Source of the DNA: Cladosporium halotolerans
Taxonomy: Eukaryota
Direction: 5' to 3'
Assembly: GCF_011745625.1 (NCBI RefSeq)
Contig: NW_027191453.1
Location: 620,001 to 684,000, forward strand
DNA length: 64,000 nt
The position numbers were made by a program, and so were the translations under genes. Each line of letters opens with the position of its first letter. The first letter of the stretch is position 1. Shown piece by piece: positions 1-11,093 of the stretch. The notes beneath the pieces were generated by a model. That model was not told the DNA's origin. It did no database searches and worked only from the letters and a program-made list of their open reading frames with translations.

Positions 1-707
1 GCTGGGGACCTCATCGTCGACGTCCATCTCCCCGTCAAACTCAGCTTCTTCCTCCGAAGACTCGGCCTCATTTGAAGTCCGTCTCTTTTTGCGAGCGGGC
101 TTACCGCCGGCAGTCTGTGCCCACTCGGGCTTGGGGTTCAGCAATTCAAACTGCTGTCGCAAACGCCTGCTGTATTCTTTCCCGTTGATCAGATCCTCCG
201 CCTCGGTTCGTCGTAGCTTGCGTAGTCTGGGTACGTTTGCCAGAGATATCATTAGACGTTCGTCGTCGCTGTCCTCCCATGCTGCGGGTTGCTTTGTGGT
301 TTCGTCGTCTTCGGAATCAGCAGGTGCTTGGTAAGGGTTCTCAGTGGGGGCAAGGTCGGAGATGAAGAGCTATCGCATGTCAGCATGTTGAGAGTAAGAC
401 GCGCATGAGTTGCGACACATACATCTGCATCGTCCATCCCTGCCAAACCATCGTCCGAAGCATCATCCTCATCGTCTTCTGCCTCTTGGTCGTCCAAGTT
501 GAAATCCTTTAAGCCTTCGCGGAAACCCTCGCTGTCGCCAAAAACTAGTCGCTCCAACTCTTCCTCAGCATCATCTTTCTCAATTCCACCTTCCGTGACA
601 AATTCCACATCCGATCCCTCGTCCATTTCATCCTGAGCCGGAGGCGTTGGTTGCTGAACTGTTTCCTCCTTTTTCTTATTCGCTTTCGCCTGCTTCGATT
701 TGGCCAT
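1..707 (-). CDS. UTP18: U3 snoRNA-associated protein Utp18 (5' part; gene continues off the window start)
   Basis: N-terminus contains EEELERLVFGD. Removing intron 370-422 (GTATGT...GCTGAC...TAG) gives PAAWEDSDDERLMISLANVPRLRKLRRTEAEDLINGKEYSRRLRQQFELLNPKPEWA, typical of the Utp18 N-terminal region. Confidence 0.85.
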
Positions 708-780
708 GGTGGATCAGACGAGAAGCTCACAGCCACTCGAGAGACAGAGTGCTCGGCCTTGCAATTATTTCAGGCGGGAC

Positions 781-804
781 GAAGTCGCAAAATTTCGCGA
801 CTTC
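781..804. promoter_or_regulatory. 24-bp near-perfect palindrome with RRPE-like AAAATTT core in the divergent UTP18/NAB2 promoter
   Basis: GAAGTCGC-A-AAATTT-C-GCGACTTC, one mismatch. It lies in the ~470 bp between two head-to-head RNA-processing genes. Confidence 0.4.
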
Positions 805-1177
805 TTCTATTCTCAAATCGAACTTCCTACTTCTTTCCTGAAGCCGAGCTAAAAGCGGCGGACGGATCGGCCCGTTAAGGTCGCCGTCGCGCGACCTCCG
901 CATCCGTGCGCGGCATCCAACTCTTCTGGAGAGCGGAGCCTCATACACAAAGCGACGCCTCCCTCACTCACGCGACAAAGCAAACCCTTTCAAACTCTCC
1001 AAATTCCTCGAACACAGCATCTCCCTTTTCGCACCACGGACACAATCTTGTCTTCCTCTCGATCGCGCCAAATACACACGTTCACTGGAGTTCGCGCCAT
1101 CTAGGAACTGAGGTCTTGACGCCTCGCACCTTACAAATCCTGGTCATACCCTTCGCAGGGACACTATCCACGCCAAC

Positions 1178-2806
1178 ATGTCTCTCGACAAAGAGGCTCC
1201 TCTCGCGCAAGCGATTCAAGCCGCAGTACAGCCAAAGCTCATCGAGAACGGCTGGGTAGCCGAAGATGCCGACACCGAACTGTCCGAATACATCACGCTC
1301 ATGGTCATCAACGGCAAGACGCAGCAGCAAGTTGTGTCAGAAGTTGGAACCGAACTTCTGGGTGTGGGCGAAGACGATCCTGCTGTCGCAGAACTCGCGC
1401 GATGGCTGTTCCAGCAGGTTCCCATGATAAATGCGCAGATCAACGGTGGTGGAGACCAGTCTATGGAGACATCAGGGCAGCAGCAAGAGAGTCAGAACGG
1501 CGCACCTCAGCCCATACCCTCAGCGCAAGATTCGCAGATGGACGACGCAGGAGCACCGGAAGGAGTGTATGTCACACCCAAGTCTCGCCGAGGAAGTCGC
1601 TGCGGGTATTCCGCCGATCCTCTGGCGCAGTATATTATCCCCCAATATAATTATCATAACTTACTAACTCCAACTAGACCAAGTGGGCCAAAGGCAATGC
1701 GCAACGGTGCGGCGGCTGGGAGTGGTAGAGGTCGGGACAAGCGCATGCTTGGTCAGCTTAACAGGCAACTCGACCGCTCGCAGGACGACCCGCTTCGGAG
1801 AATCAAGGGAGCAGCAGGTGGACAGGCTGGCCGCATCAACGCACACGCCGGTCGCGAACCCCCTCGAGGACCCCGTGGTGGTGCCGCCGCAAACGGCATG
1901 AACCGGATGATGAATGGCAGACCTGGGCAGAACATGATGGGCCAGCCTGGTGGACTCAATCCGCAGCAGCAGATGCAATTCTTGCAAATGATGGAGATGC
2001 AAAGCCAGATGATGGCACAAATGTTCAACGGCCAACCACCAAACATGCAGAACCCTCAGCAGCAGAGGGGTACCGGCAAGAGCCTCTTCGAGCGCGTCGA
2101 CAAGCGCCAGAACGGCGGTGCTAAGAACAACCGTCAGCACATCCACAACGGCGGTATGAGCAATAACGACAGCGCGATGGACACCGAGATGGGAGGAGAC
2201 GGCGCAGCGAAGCGCAAGGACCCTTTCGACACGCTCTGTCGCTTCAACGAGAAGTGTACCGTCCCCACCTGCCCGTATGCACACCAGTCTCCCGCCGCGC
2301 CGCCCGGCACCACCCTCGATCTCTCCGATCGCTGCTCTTTCGGTGCCGCTTGCGAGAACAAGAAGTGCGCAGGCAAGCATCCTTCGCCCGCACAACGCCG
2401 CCAACACCTCAAAGACGAGGTCGACTGCAAGTTTTATCCCAACTGCACGAACCCCAGCTGCCCCTTCCGCCACCCTGACATGCCGGCATGCCGCAACGGC
2501 GCAGACTGCACTGTTCCCGGCTGCAAGTTCGTGCACTCGAAGATCATGTGCCGCTACAACCCGTGCCTGAACCCCAAGTGTGTCTACAAGCACGCCGAGG
2601 GCCAGAAGCGCGGCAATTTCGAAGACAAGGTCTGGACGGCGGGAGGAGGAGGATCTGGCGAGGGCGACGCAGCGATGCAGGCCGAGGGCACGGGCAAGAG
2701 CGAGAGGTTCCAGGGCCTCAAGCAGGGCGAGACGGCGGAGGAGGAGCTGATTCTTCCCGGCAGGACGACGCCGGAGAGGGGCGCTGACGAAGGTGTTGTT
2801 TCGTAA
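1178..2806 (+). CDS. NAB2: Nuclear polyadenylated RNA-binding protein Nab2/ZC3H14
   Basis: N-terminal PWI-like segment (LSEYITLMVINGK), RGG and Q/M-rich middle, five CCCH fingers (e.g. CKFYPNCTNPSCPFRH). Probable 111-nt intron 1567-1677 (GTATGT...ACTAAC...TAG). Confidence 0.9.
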   Translation: MSLDKEAPLAQAIQAAVQPKLIENGWVAEDADTELSEYITLMVINGKTQQQVVSEVGTELLGVGEDDPAVAELARWLFQQVPMINAQINGGGDQSMETSGQQQESQNGAPQPIPSAQDSQMDDAGAPEGVYVTPKSRRGSRCGYSADPLAQYIIPQYNYHNLLTPTRPSGPKAMRNGAAAGSGRGRDKRMLGQLNRQLDRSQDDPLRRIKGAAGGQAGRINAHAGREPPRGPRGGAAANGMNRMMNGRPGQNMMGQPGGLNPQQQMQFLQMMEMQSQMMAQMFNGQPPNMQNPQQQRGTGKSLFERVDKRQNGGAKNNRQHIHNGGMSNNDSAMDTEMGGDGAAKRKDPFDTLCRFNEKCTVPTCPYAHQSPAAPPGTTLDLSDRCSFGAACENKKCAGKHPSPAQRRQHLKDEVDCKFYPNCTNPSCPFRHPDMPACRNGADCTVPGCKFVHSKIMCRYNPCLNPKCVYKHAEGQKRGNFEDKVWTAGGGGSGEGDAAMQAEGTGKSERFQGLKQGETAEEELILPGRTTPERGADEGVVS

Positions 2807-3723
2807 ATAGGGATTGTACGAGTTACGGAAGGAATGACGATGTTTAGATTGAGCAAGGGTCAGAGGATGCAGCGATACGGCAATCAAGGGAATTGTACGA
2901 TTAGGTGGAATAAGTGCACGGGTGGTAGAGAATGGGTGGGCCCGCTTGGGAACGGTCGAAGAGTGACCATAATGGATAACAATTTCCCGTTGCCGCAGTG
3001 CTTTTTGCGGCGTTTTCTGTAACGATGCTTCCCTGTGTCACTTTGAAACTCTCGATTGTGATTAATCCATATGGGTCTGTTGTCCGGATGCCAACTAGCG
3101 ATCGCAATAGTGTGTTATGGAGTTGGGATCATCGAGGTGTTTTCCTTGCGCTCGCTATCGGAAAAGCGCCTCTGTCTGCGGCACTCCACGTCTTCCTACT
3201 TCTGAAGACGAGGGTATTAGCAGATCAATGCTTCGACGGCACGAGGCACGGGAGCAATATAGTCACATGTCATCGTGGGGTCGATCGAATACTCAAGCTC
3301 CCCGCCCACTTGCTCTCTCCGCGGAGATTTAGGTGGCCATATTGCCAGAGACGATGGCATTAGCACACTGCGTCATCAATGGCAAGAGAAGGGTGATTTT
3401 GACGACCAATTGAATCGACCGCTTCTCCCAGCAGACCAATCTTCTCACGTGCGGCTACCAGGCACGTCGTCACATTCTAGGATAGCAGCGGATGCGCGGT
3501 GTTCGTTGATCGTGACGTATGCACAACTGTGCACGCCAGTCCCACATCTCACCTCGGGTACACGACGGATTTATCAGCAGGCTTAGAGCTTGAAGAAAAC
3601 TATACGGTTTGGAATAACTACATGTCATTCTCGTCAAGGCTATTGACTAGAACAACTTCCTTTTTCGTTCAGTCGTCGAAAAATTGGATACCACAGCTCA
3701 AATTCCGCTCGCAATTCATCACA

Positions 3724-5018
3724 ATGGCACCCACTCCGGATATCGATCTGTGCGTCCATCAACAATACCTTCAGACAATTTTGACATTGACCACGAAACA
3801 GTCTAACTTCTGGGACCCCAAACGGCCACAAGGTATCTATTACTCTTGAAGAATTGGGCCTAAAATACAACGCCCAAAAGATCGACCTCAGCAAGAACCA
3901 GCAGAAGGAAGAATGGTTCCTCAAGGTCAACCGTGCGTCTCCATTCCACCAGGACCCTCTCAGTGAGAGCCTAGCATTAATAAATCGTACTACTTCGATA
4001 CAAACATCGAATGCTAACAATACCCCCCACACAGCCAACGGCCGCATCCCAGCGATTGTCGACAAGACGTCCGGCAAGCCCAAGCGCGTCTTCGAGGGCG
4101 CCAGCATCCAGCTGTACCTGTGCGAGAAGTACGACAAGGAGCACAAGATTTCGTTCGAGTATGACTCCGACGAGTACTGGGAGATGGTCGAGTGGATGGT
4201 TTGGATGGTAGGTTTTCTTGCCTTTTCCTGTGTCTCTCCCCGGCTTCAAGCATTTTTGAGCTGGTATCAGTCTTTCTCGACGAACATGGTCGGTTGAGGC
4301 CATTGAAACACGGAAGAGGGGTAGACGCACGCGTTCCTGCATCTTACGTGCCTTGTGGGCTAGGACCAGCGGCTCTGAGCCTGCAGAACGAGGGCTCGCC
4401 AATGAGAGCGTGGCGGAACGCCCTTTCATTTCATCCCCACGCAATTGGACCGAACATGTAAGAACAACTAAAACTAACACATTCTCCCATCCAGCAAAGC
4501 GGCCTCGGCCCCATGCAAGGCCAAGCAAACCACTTCTACCGCTGTACGTACTTCCCATCCCAGCTCCACGGACCGAAAAACCTAACCTGCACACCCTCGC
4601 AGACGCCCCCGAAAAAATCCCCTACGCGATAAACCGCTACCAAACCGAAACCCGGCGCCTCTACAGCGTGCTCAACGACCGCCTCGCCTCGCAGCGCGCC
4701 GCCTTCGCCCTCCCCGCCTCGCAGCCCGCCTTCCTCGTCGCCAACAAGTACTCCGCGGCGGACATCTGCGTCTTCAGCTGGGCGAACTGGGGCGAGTGGG
4801 CGGGCGTGGACCCGCGCGAGGCGGCGTTCCCGGAAGTCAAGGTGTGGCTCGAGGCGATTGAGAAGCGCGCGGCGGTCGAGAAGGGCACGAATGTGCCGGA
4901 TGAGTTCAAGATGAAGGAGATTATGCGGAGCAAGGAGAAGAGCGAGGAGTATGCTAAGCATTCGAGCGGGTGGATTATGAAGGGGATGAAGGAGGAGGAG
5001 GGGAAGGGGAAGATGTGA
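3724..5018 (+). CDS. Glutathione S-transferase (Ure2p/GST2-like class), 5 exons
   Basis: Introns 3750-3801, 3933-4034, 4208-4494 and 4544-4602. Spliced product has [78 protein letters not shown] and YSAADI. Confidence 0.92.
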
Positions 5019-6863
5019 GGGGTGGGAAGGTACGGTGAGATCGGAGGCGTGGGTGTGGGTAGGGTTGTAGAGGGAGCCTAGTGGGAGGTGAGAGATGGAG
5101 GACAGTTATTCTTAGAGTCAATGGGAGGCGATGTTGCGTCGATCTCCGATTTCTGAACGTGGCATCCTTACTCCTGGTCTGCCAGAAATGGGCAGCGCGA
5201 GGTCCGGCTGTAGTTGAGCGAGGTGATGTTGGGTGTCGATGCTTTCAGGTACGCTGGCGTGCGATCGGAATGTGGCTTGAATACCCGCGTGGGCTGCATG
5301 GCCACTTCCCCGGTAGAAGACTGACAAGCTGCATGCTCGAATTCGACGAAACGGGCTTACTGTTCGCGAAGTGCAGATGCCCGTGCTGCAGTATGCCTTG
5401 AGCATGTTCTCCAGGGTCGGCGATCATTCGATCATCATGCAATAGATGGCGGCTGCAGTCAATTGCGCAAGGGTTGTGAGAAGGATAAATTTCCACCGGT
5501 TCCGGACATGCTCGTTTGGGACAGCAGGTTGAAATGTCATACGGCAACTTTCTGTTTCCGGAGCGAGCGGTCACATTCCAGCCGTCGGAGCGTTTTTTCG
5601 TGTTTATAAATAAAAGCTGATGTCAGTTTCGAACGTCATCTATGTCTCGGGCGATCTAAGGGCTGCCGGCAGGGGAAGATACATTCGGCTCCTGAGCTGG
5701 GCCGACGCAGGGCGATGGAGATTGTTTGTTGATGTGATGTGCATCGTACCTGATCGGCAGATAGATGCGATATGAGGTTTTCCACATTGTAGCTGAATGT
5801 GCGGTCACCCGCAGCAGCATCAATGAGATGCATTATTTCCAATGGCCAATGCCTGTAAGATGTCAGCCTCAGGATACACTGGGATCGCTACCAGTGGCCA
5901 GGGCCGAAGCTCGGGGCCAGAGCTCCCCAGGCTCACGGACGCTGGAGAGGCGATCATCCCGCACACGCGAAAAAGAACAGACGACGCACGAGCACCGCCT
6001 GATCTCGCGGGCTCGTGCACGTCGATGAGCGAGGGAACGTGTGGCCACTGCTGGATCTCACGCTGCTGTACTCGCCGGCACACCGCGCGAACGCAGTCGA
6101 ACTATCGTACATGTCTGGGACGGCCATTGCAGCGGCTTGCCAGCACCACGGCGGCGATCACGGCGCGGCTCACGTGAGATGCAGCGCGACGCGACTCTAA
6201 CACGCTCTGCTTCCCTTGGTCCTGCAACGTCCTGCGCCTCCGTGCGTCCTGCAGGTCCAGAGCTACTGGACAAGGATGCGCGGCAAGCTACAATCCTCAG
6301 AGCTGCTTCTCAACGGTCGGGGTTACCTTTACTTGGCTGCCATCAACACGCTGTACATGTAGGTACCTCCTGGGATGCTGCGTAACGCGCCCCGACGCGT
6401 CCCCCTCGCACCAGGGTCGATTGGCAGGGCCTGACTGCCCCGTGACAGGTGAGACGTGCGACGGGCGGCGATCACTGATGGCCGTCGCGCGGTCGCTCGG
6501 TGCAGGCGCCGCAAGCGACGACCAACAACAGCACACAGCCAACGCTATACAGCGCGGGCGGTATAGGCAGCGTGCCACTGCCAACACGGGCGCGCGGCTA
6601 TTCCTGAACATGCGAGATGGCGAGGGCGGCAGTGCGGCGCCTGGAGCTCGCGCGGGCCCGGCTACTGCAGGAGTGCGGTGACCGGGCGCTCCACCTGCAG
6701 ACAGCACCCACATGGCCGCAGCCTCCGCGCCTCAGCGTGTGGGCGGCGACGCACGCTGGAGGGCACCGCTCGCGCCCGGCGCGCGCCCGGGGTCTGCACA
6801 GGCGGGCGCTGCTGCATGCGCCCGAGTCGACGGCGGCGTGAGTAGTGGGCGCGGCCTGCAGCA

Positions 6864-6890
6864 GCACAGCACAGCACAGCGCAGCGCAGC
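6864..6890. repeat. (CAGCA/CAGCG)n pentanucleotide microsatellite
   Basis: gcacagcacagcacagcgcagcgcagc seen directly. Confidence 0.6.
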
Positions 6891-7472
6891 ACGCCGTGTC
6901 GTATCGCCCGCCGGGCACCTTGATTTAGTGCATTACCACCGGCTTGCGAGAGAGGGGACCACCACCACTGGGCCTCGCTGGCCCGGACAGCTGACGGCAC
7001 GCCGCCGGCCTGCCACCTGCTCGCCGGCTCTGCTGCGACTGGGTGCAGTACAGTGCATTCGGACGCCGCAGGGCACGCGTTTCGCTGGCTCCGGCACGGG
7101 ACCCCTGAGCGGGCGAGCGACGGGCGGCTCCAGCATCAGGTACGCACAGTAAGCGGTGCAGCAGCGCGTATGTAGGCACGGTTCGCGCACGGCGTGCTGG
7201 AGGCACACGAGGTACATAAGGCGAGACGTCTGGACACGGCAGCGGCAGCGTCCAAGGTCGCCCATCGCCAAACCGCGCCCGCTGGCATCCTCCACCCTCC
7301 ACCCTCCAGCGTCGACGCGCGAGCCTGACCCGAGCCGTGCAGGCGATCCCGATCCCAAGCGTTTCGCACCCGCCCGCCACGCAGCCGCCGGCGTCGTCGC
7401 GCGCGGGGCCCGTGCGCGCAGCCCGCAGCCTGCAGCTCTAGCGCCGTCCACCGCTCGTTCGCTCGCTCGCGC

Positions 7473-7498
7473 GCTGCTGCTGCTGCTGCTGCTGCTGC
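7473..7498. repeat. (CTG)8 microsatellite
   Basis: gctgctgctgctgctgctgctgctgc seen directly. Confidence 0.85.
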
Positions 7499-7856
7499 GA
7501 CCTGCTGCGCCGGCCGTCTCGTTCCTGCCGGCCTGCGCCAACTCCTCCCTCGACCTCACCACGCCCGCGCCCACACACGCCCGCCCACCGCTGCTGTCGC
7601 GCACGCCTTCGCTATCCCTCCGCCCCGTCGACACCTCCGTCCGCGCGTCACTCGCTCCGCCATGCTCTGTTGCGCCTGAGATCGCGCGTCGCATCCTCGC
7701 CCTCCGCTGCCCGAGCGCGCGCGCGCTCGCTGCTTGCGACAGGCCACCCGCGCCGACTTCCTCTACCACCACCGCCCGCCGACCTCCCGTCGCGCGCATT
7801 GCTACTCGCCCGACTCCTCTGTACACCCACCGCCGCCGCGCGCGTTTCCCGACGCC

Positions 7857-9863
7857 ATGGCGCACAACCGCCCCTCATTGTCCATCTCCCTCCCACACGC
7901 CGACCCCTTCCACCGTTCAGACCGCGACTATCCCACCACACCCGACCAGCGCCATGAGGAGGCACCGGCCACGCAGCCGCCGCCTCCGCCGCGCCAGACA
8001 TACAAAGTGAAGAGGAAGTCGCGCTCGTCCTTGCCGCTTGGAGAGCCCGGAGAGCCCGTCGAGCCCGTCGATACCTACGAACACGCGATCCCGACCATAG
8101 AGATGTCCGAGGCCGCGGACGCGCTCTCCAGCTCTCCCTTGCCGTCCTTGAACGCCTCTAATGGACTCCTGGCCCCAAACTCCCTCCTCCAGCGGGCCGT
8201 CACGCCGCCGAAGACGCCGGCTCCGCGTATCACCGTGCCGTTCGACCGTCTCGAGAGTCCTTCGCATGAATGGGGCCTGATCAACGACAGTCGCGACAAG
8301 AGGCCCACCTACCGCCGTGCAGGCTCCGTCTGCTCTGCTCTGTCCGACTCGTCGATCTCTTCCATCGGCAGCGGTGCCTTCTCCGCGCCGTACAGTGCCA
8401 GTTTGAGCCCCGACAGCGAGACCACCGATCCGTTCGTGGACGACGAGTTCCCTAAGGACAAGATGATCACTTCGCCAGCCATGTCAGCTTCCCCGCTCGC
8501 CAAGCGTATGAAGACGCACCGCCAGACGAAGTGGACTCCTGCTATGGACGATCACCTCTGGATGACATACATGGCATATGTCTCCGACCCAATTGTTACG
8601 CCCTTCAAGATGCTGCCTGGAACGACGCCACCGCTTGGTGTCTGTTACCGTGTCGCCGCCAAAGCGAAGCGCACTTGGAGGGAACGTCGTGCCACCAGCC
8701 TTGGTCCGCTCGACGCGATGCTTGCTTCTTCTTCGAATGACCGTGAGGGTTCGCCTGACACCATTCGCCCCGAAGGCGAAGGTGCTTCTGCTCGTCGTGA
8801 GGCTAAGCAGCCTCGTTGGCCTCGCTCGGAAGGTGCCACTCGCCGTCGTCTGCGCCACCTGTGCAAGAATAAGCCCTCATTCTCTGCTCATTACCAACGT
8901 CTGCTGCGCACACGCAGCCCGTCACCTTTCCAGGCTTTGGGCTCTGATCCTCAGTCTTCTGAACAGACGGCCGTACCATCTGCACCGTCTGCACCATCAG
9001 CATCTTCTGATAGGACTGCACCGGCCGAATCGTCAAAAACAAACGCCTCGTTCTCCGGCGACGACTTGAAGATGTCATTGATCACCTCCACCAACCCATC
9101 CATGCAGCCAGACGGCCCGCTCGCTCAGTTGGCAGGCGGCGACCAGCGACCTCGCCCACAATCTCAGCGCAGCGAGAGGCCGGACAATTGGTTTGCTCGT
9201 ATTGGTCGTTCGCAGGCTCACCAGAAGAGTCAGTCCCTGCAGTCAGGCCTTGGTTTGCAGTCAAGGTTCCAGGCTTCCGCTCCTTTGGCTTCTCCTTTTG
9301 ACGAACGTTCCCATATCCTTCAGAGCTCGGCCAAGTCATGGGGTCGTAGCGATTTCAATGTCGCGGCTCCGTCGCTGGACTCACCCTTCGAAGTATCCGG
9401 TGCGCCAACTGCGCCTCGTTCCCTGAAGCGACGCTTCCGCTCCGATGAGGATAAGACCAAGCGTCCTGCCGTTCAGGACATCTTTGGATCTACCAACGCC
9501 AATCCCATTTTTCGTAACCGCGGTTTCACCGTCGGTGCTTCGAGCGCTGCCGACAACCTTGCCCGACTTTTCTGCCCTCCGACTCCAATGGCTCCAGCTC
9601 CTGCTCAGTCCCAGATCACTCCTGTTAGTGACGATCAGCTCATGTCCGACCGGACTGATCAGTCTGATATTTTCTCGCTCGGAGCTTCAGGTACTCGCTC
9701 CGTTCCGCGCCGTTTGGCGGAGCCGACCCCGCGTCTCGGGTCACCGTTCGTCGAGGCCGCCGCTAATCGTCAATCCAACACCTTCCCGAGATCCTACATT
9801 CCTTCAGACTTCAACCCGCATCCGTTCCAGCAGCGTCTGAAAGAGCTTGCGCGGCCTCAGTAG
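7857..9863 (+). CDS. Hypothetical Ser/Pro-rich protein (~668 aa) with one ordered-looking block, possibly Myb/SANT-like
   Basis: Long uninterrupted ORF. First ATG is in strong gccATGG context at 7857; ends TAG TAG. Ordered block KWTPAMDDHLWMTYMAYVSDPIVTPFKMLPGTTPPLGVCYRVA sits amid low-complexity sequence. Confidence 0.8.
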   Translation: MAHNRPSLSISLPHADPFHRSDRDYPTTPDQRHEEAPATQPPPPPRQTYKVKRKSRSSLPLGEPGEPVEPVDTYEHAIPTIEMSEAADALSSSPLPSLNASNGLLAPNSLLQRAVTPPKTPAPRITVPFDRLESPSHEWGLINDSRDKRPTYRRAGSVCSALSDSSISSIGSGAFSAPYSASLSPDSETTDPFVDDEFPKDKMITSPAMSASPLAKRMKTHRQTKWTPAMDDHLWMTYMAYVSDPIVTPFKMLPGTTPPLGVCYRVAAKAKRTWRERRATSLGPLDAMLASSSNDREGSPDTIRPEGEGASARREAKQPRWPRSEGATRRRLRHLCKNKPSFSAHYQRLLRTRSPSPFQALGSDPQSSEQTAVPSAPSAPSASSDRTAPAESSKTNASFSGDDLKMSLITSTNPSMQPDGPLAQLAGGDQRPRPQSQRSERPDNWFARIGRSQAHQKSQSLQSGLGLQSRFQASAPLASPFDERSHILQSSAKSWGRSDFNVAAPSLDSPFEVSGAPTAPRSLKRRFRSDEDKTKRPAVQDIFGSTNANPIFRNRGFTVGASSAADNLARLFCPPTPMAPAPAQSQITPVSDDQLMSDRTDQSDIFSLGASGTRSVPRRLAEPTPRLGSPFVEAAANRQSNTFPRSYIPSDFNPHPFQQRLKELARPQ

Positions 9864-10808
9864 TAGGTCGGGCAGTGGCTTTGACGCAGGAGATCGATCA
9901 AGCATTTTTGGAGTATCGGAAATTTTGGCAGCATTCAACGGCGTTTCACGCAAGCTCTCGACACGTAGCATCAACGACCAGTTGTCGAACACAGACGGCA
10001 TCACGACAATTACGACATCAATCGGGAAAAATTACATCTTCGGCGCTCCTTTCACTGCAGTTGGTACCGCCGTGTTCGTCCCCTATCCTCCGGCGCCTGT
10101 ACCTACCGCGGTTTTTCTTTTTCGACTTCTTGGCAGATCCGTCCAACTCTTGCGATTTGTTTTCCTCCTTCGATCGATTTCTCGACTTCCTTTTGTCAAG
10201 CACATGACACGAATGAACGAACGACATACGGGGCGAAACGAACACCGGCGCTCTTCACTTTTGCTTGAGGGGGTATGATCGGTTTTCATTCCTGGTATTC
10301 CTGCAGTCGCGCTCGTGTGACTTGCAGTTCTCCTTTTCTTTTTTTTTTCTCTCTTTTTCTTCTGTCGACGCAGCATTCTTACAACTTCAATTCTCCCAGC
10401 TTGTCCGAAAGGTCCTCCCTCCAACAGCGTTGTTTTGTTGGATTATGTGGCGGTTTGATTGTCAGTTTTTGGGTAGAAAGAGTGGTTGTAATCGAGGCGA
10501 GAAGACCACAGTTCCGTGTCAAAGAAATGCAAAAACGAGTTCAAGCCATATCGCTCCCGTGTGTTCTCAAATCATGGAGAATTGCCCAATGCTTTTCGCT
10601 CATCCGCCCGTTCGCCCTGTGCCTGAGGGCGGCCTTCCACGCGGAACGGCTCCGCGCACTGGCCGCCCGCGCGCGACCAACTTCACGTCCCCGGGCTTTG
10701 GACCCCAGCGCGACGTTCCATGAGTGCTGTATCGCTACACCTTGACCTGTCTTGTTACTCTCTCTGCGGGTATCACCTCACCTCACCTCACCACCGCCTT
10801 CTACTTGT

Positions 10809-10828
10809 TTGCTTGCTTGCTTGCTTGC
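10809..10828. repeat. (GCTT)n microsatellite
   Basis: ttgcttgcttgcttgcttgc seen directly. Confidence 0.7.
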
Positions 10829-11093
10829 GACTGTCTTCTCCGGACCTCGGCCGCTTCGCCGCTTCTCTTCTTGTCGCTCTTTTTGGATCGGGGCTTGGAG
10901 CTGCGTCTTCGTTGGCTTTGTGGATTGAGTGAGGAGAGAAAAGTGCTTGCTAGTTTGCTTGCGCTTTGGCGATTTGCTGCCACCGGACACCTTCGAATTG
11001 GGTTTAAAGAGTAGAGGTATCTGGACAGAGGACAAAGAGCTAGGGACAAGTCAGTGTCGTCAAGAACCGCTACACTAAGGCTACCTCGTCACT

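Noticed and set aside
1664..2887. Long antisense ORFs (also 30117-31031, 35525-36439, 47654-48826, 50656-51528, 24015-24854)
   Set aside because: Shadow frames of high-GC3 genes that have clear family motifs on the opposite strand.
6297..8010. Many overlapping Ala/Arg/Pro-rich ORFs (also 25974-26822 and 54103-55272)
   Set aside because: Very GC-rich non-coding DNA lacks stops in all frames; mostly non-ATG starts and no motifs.
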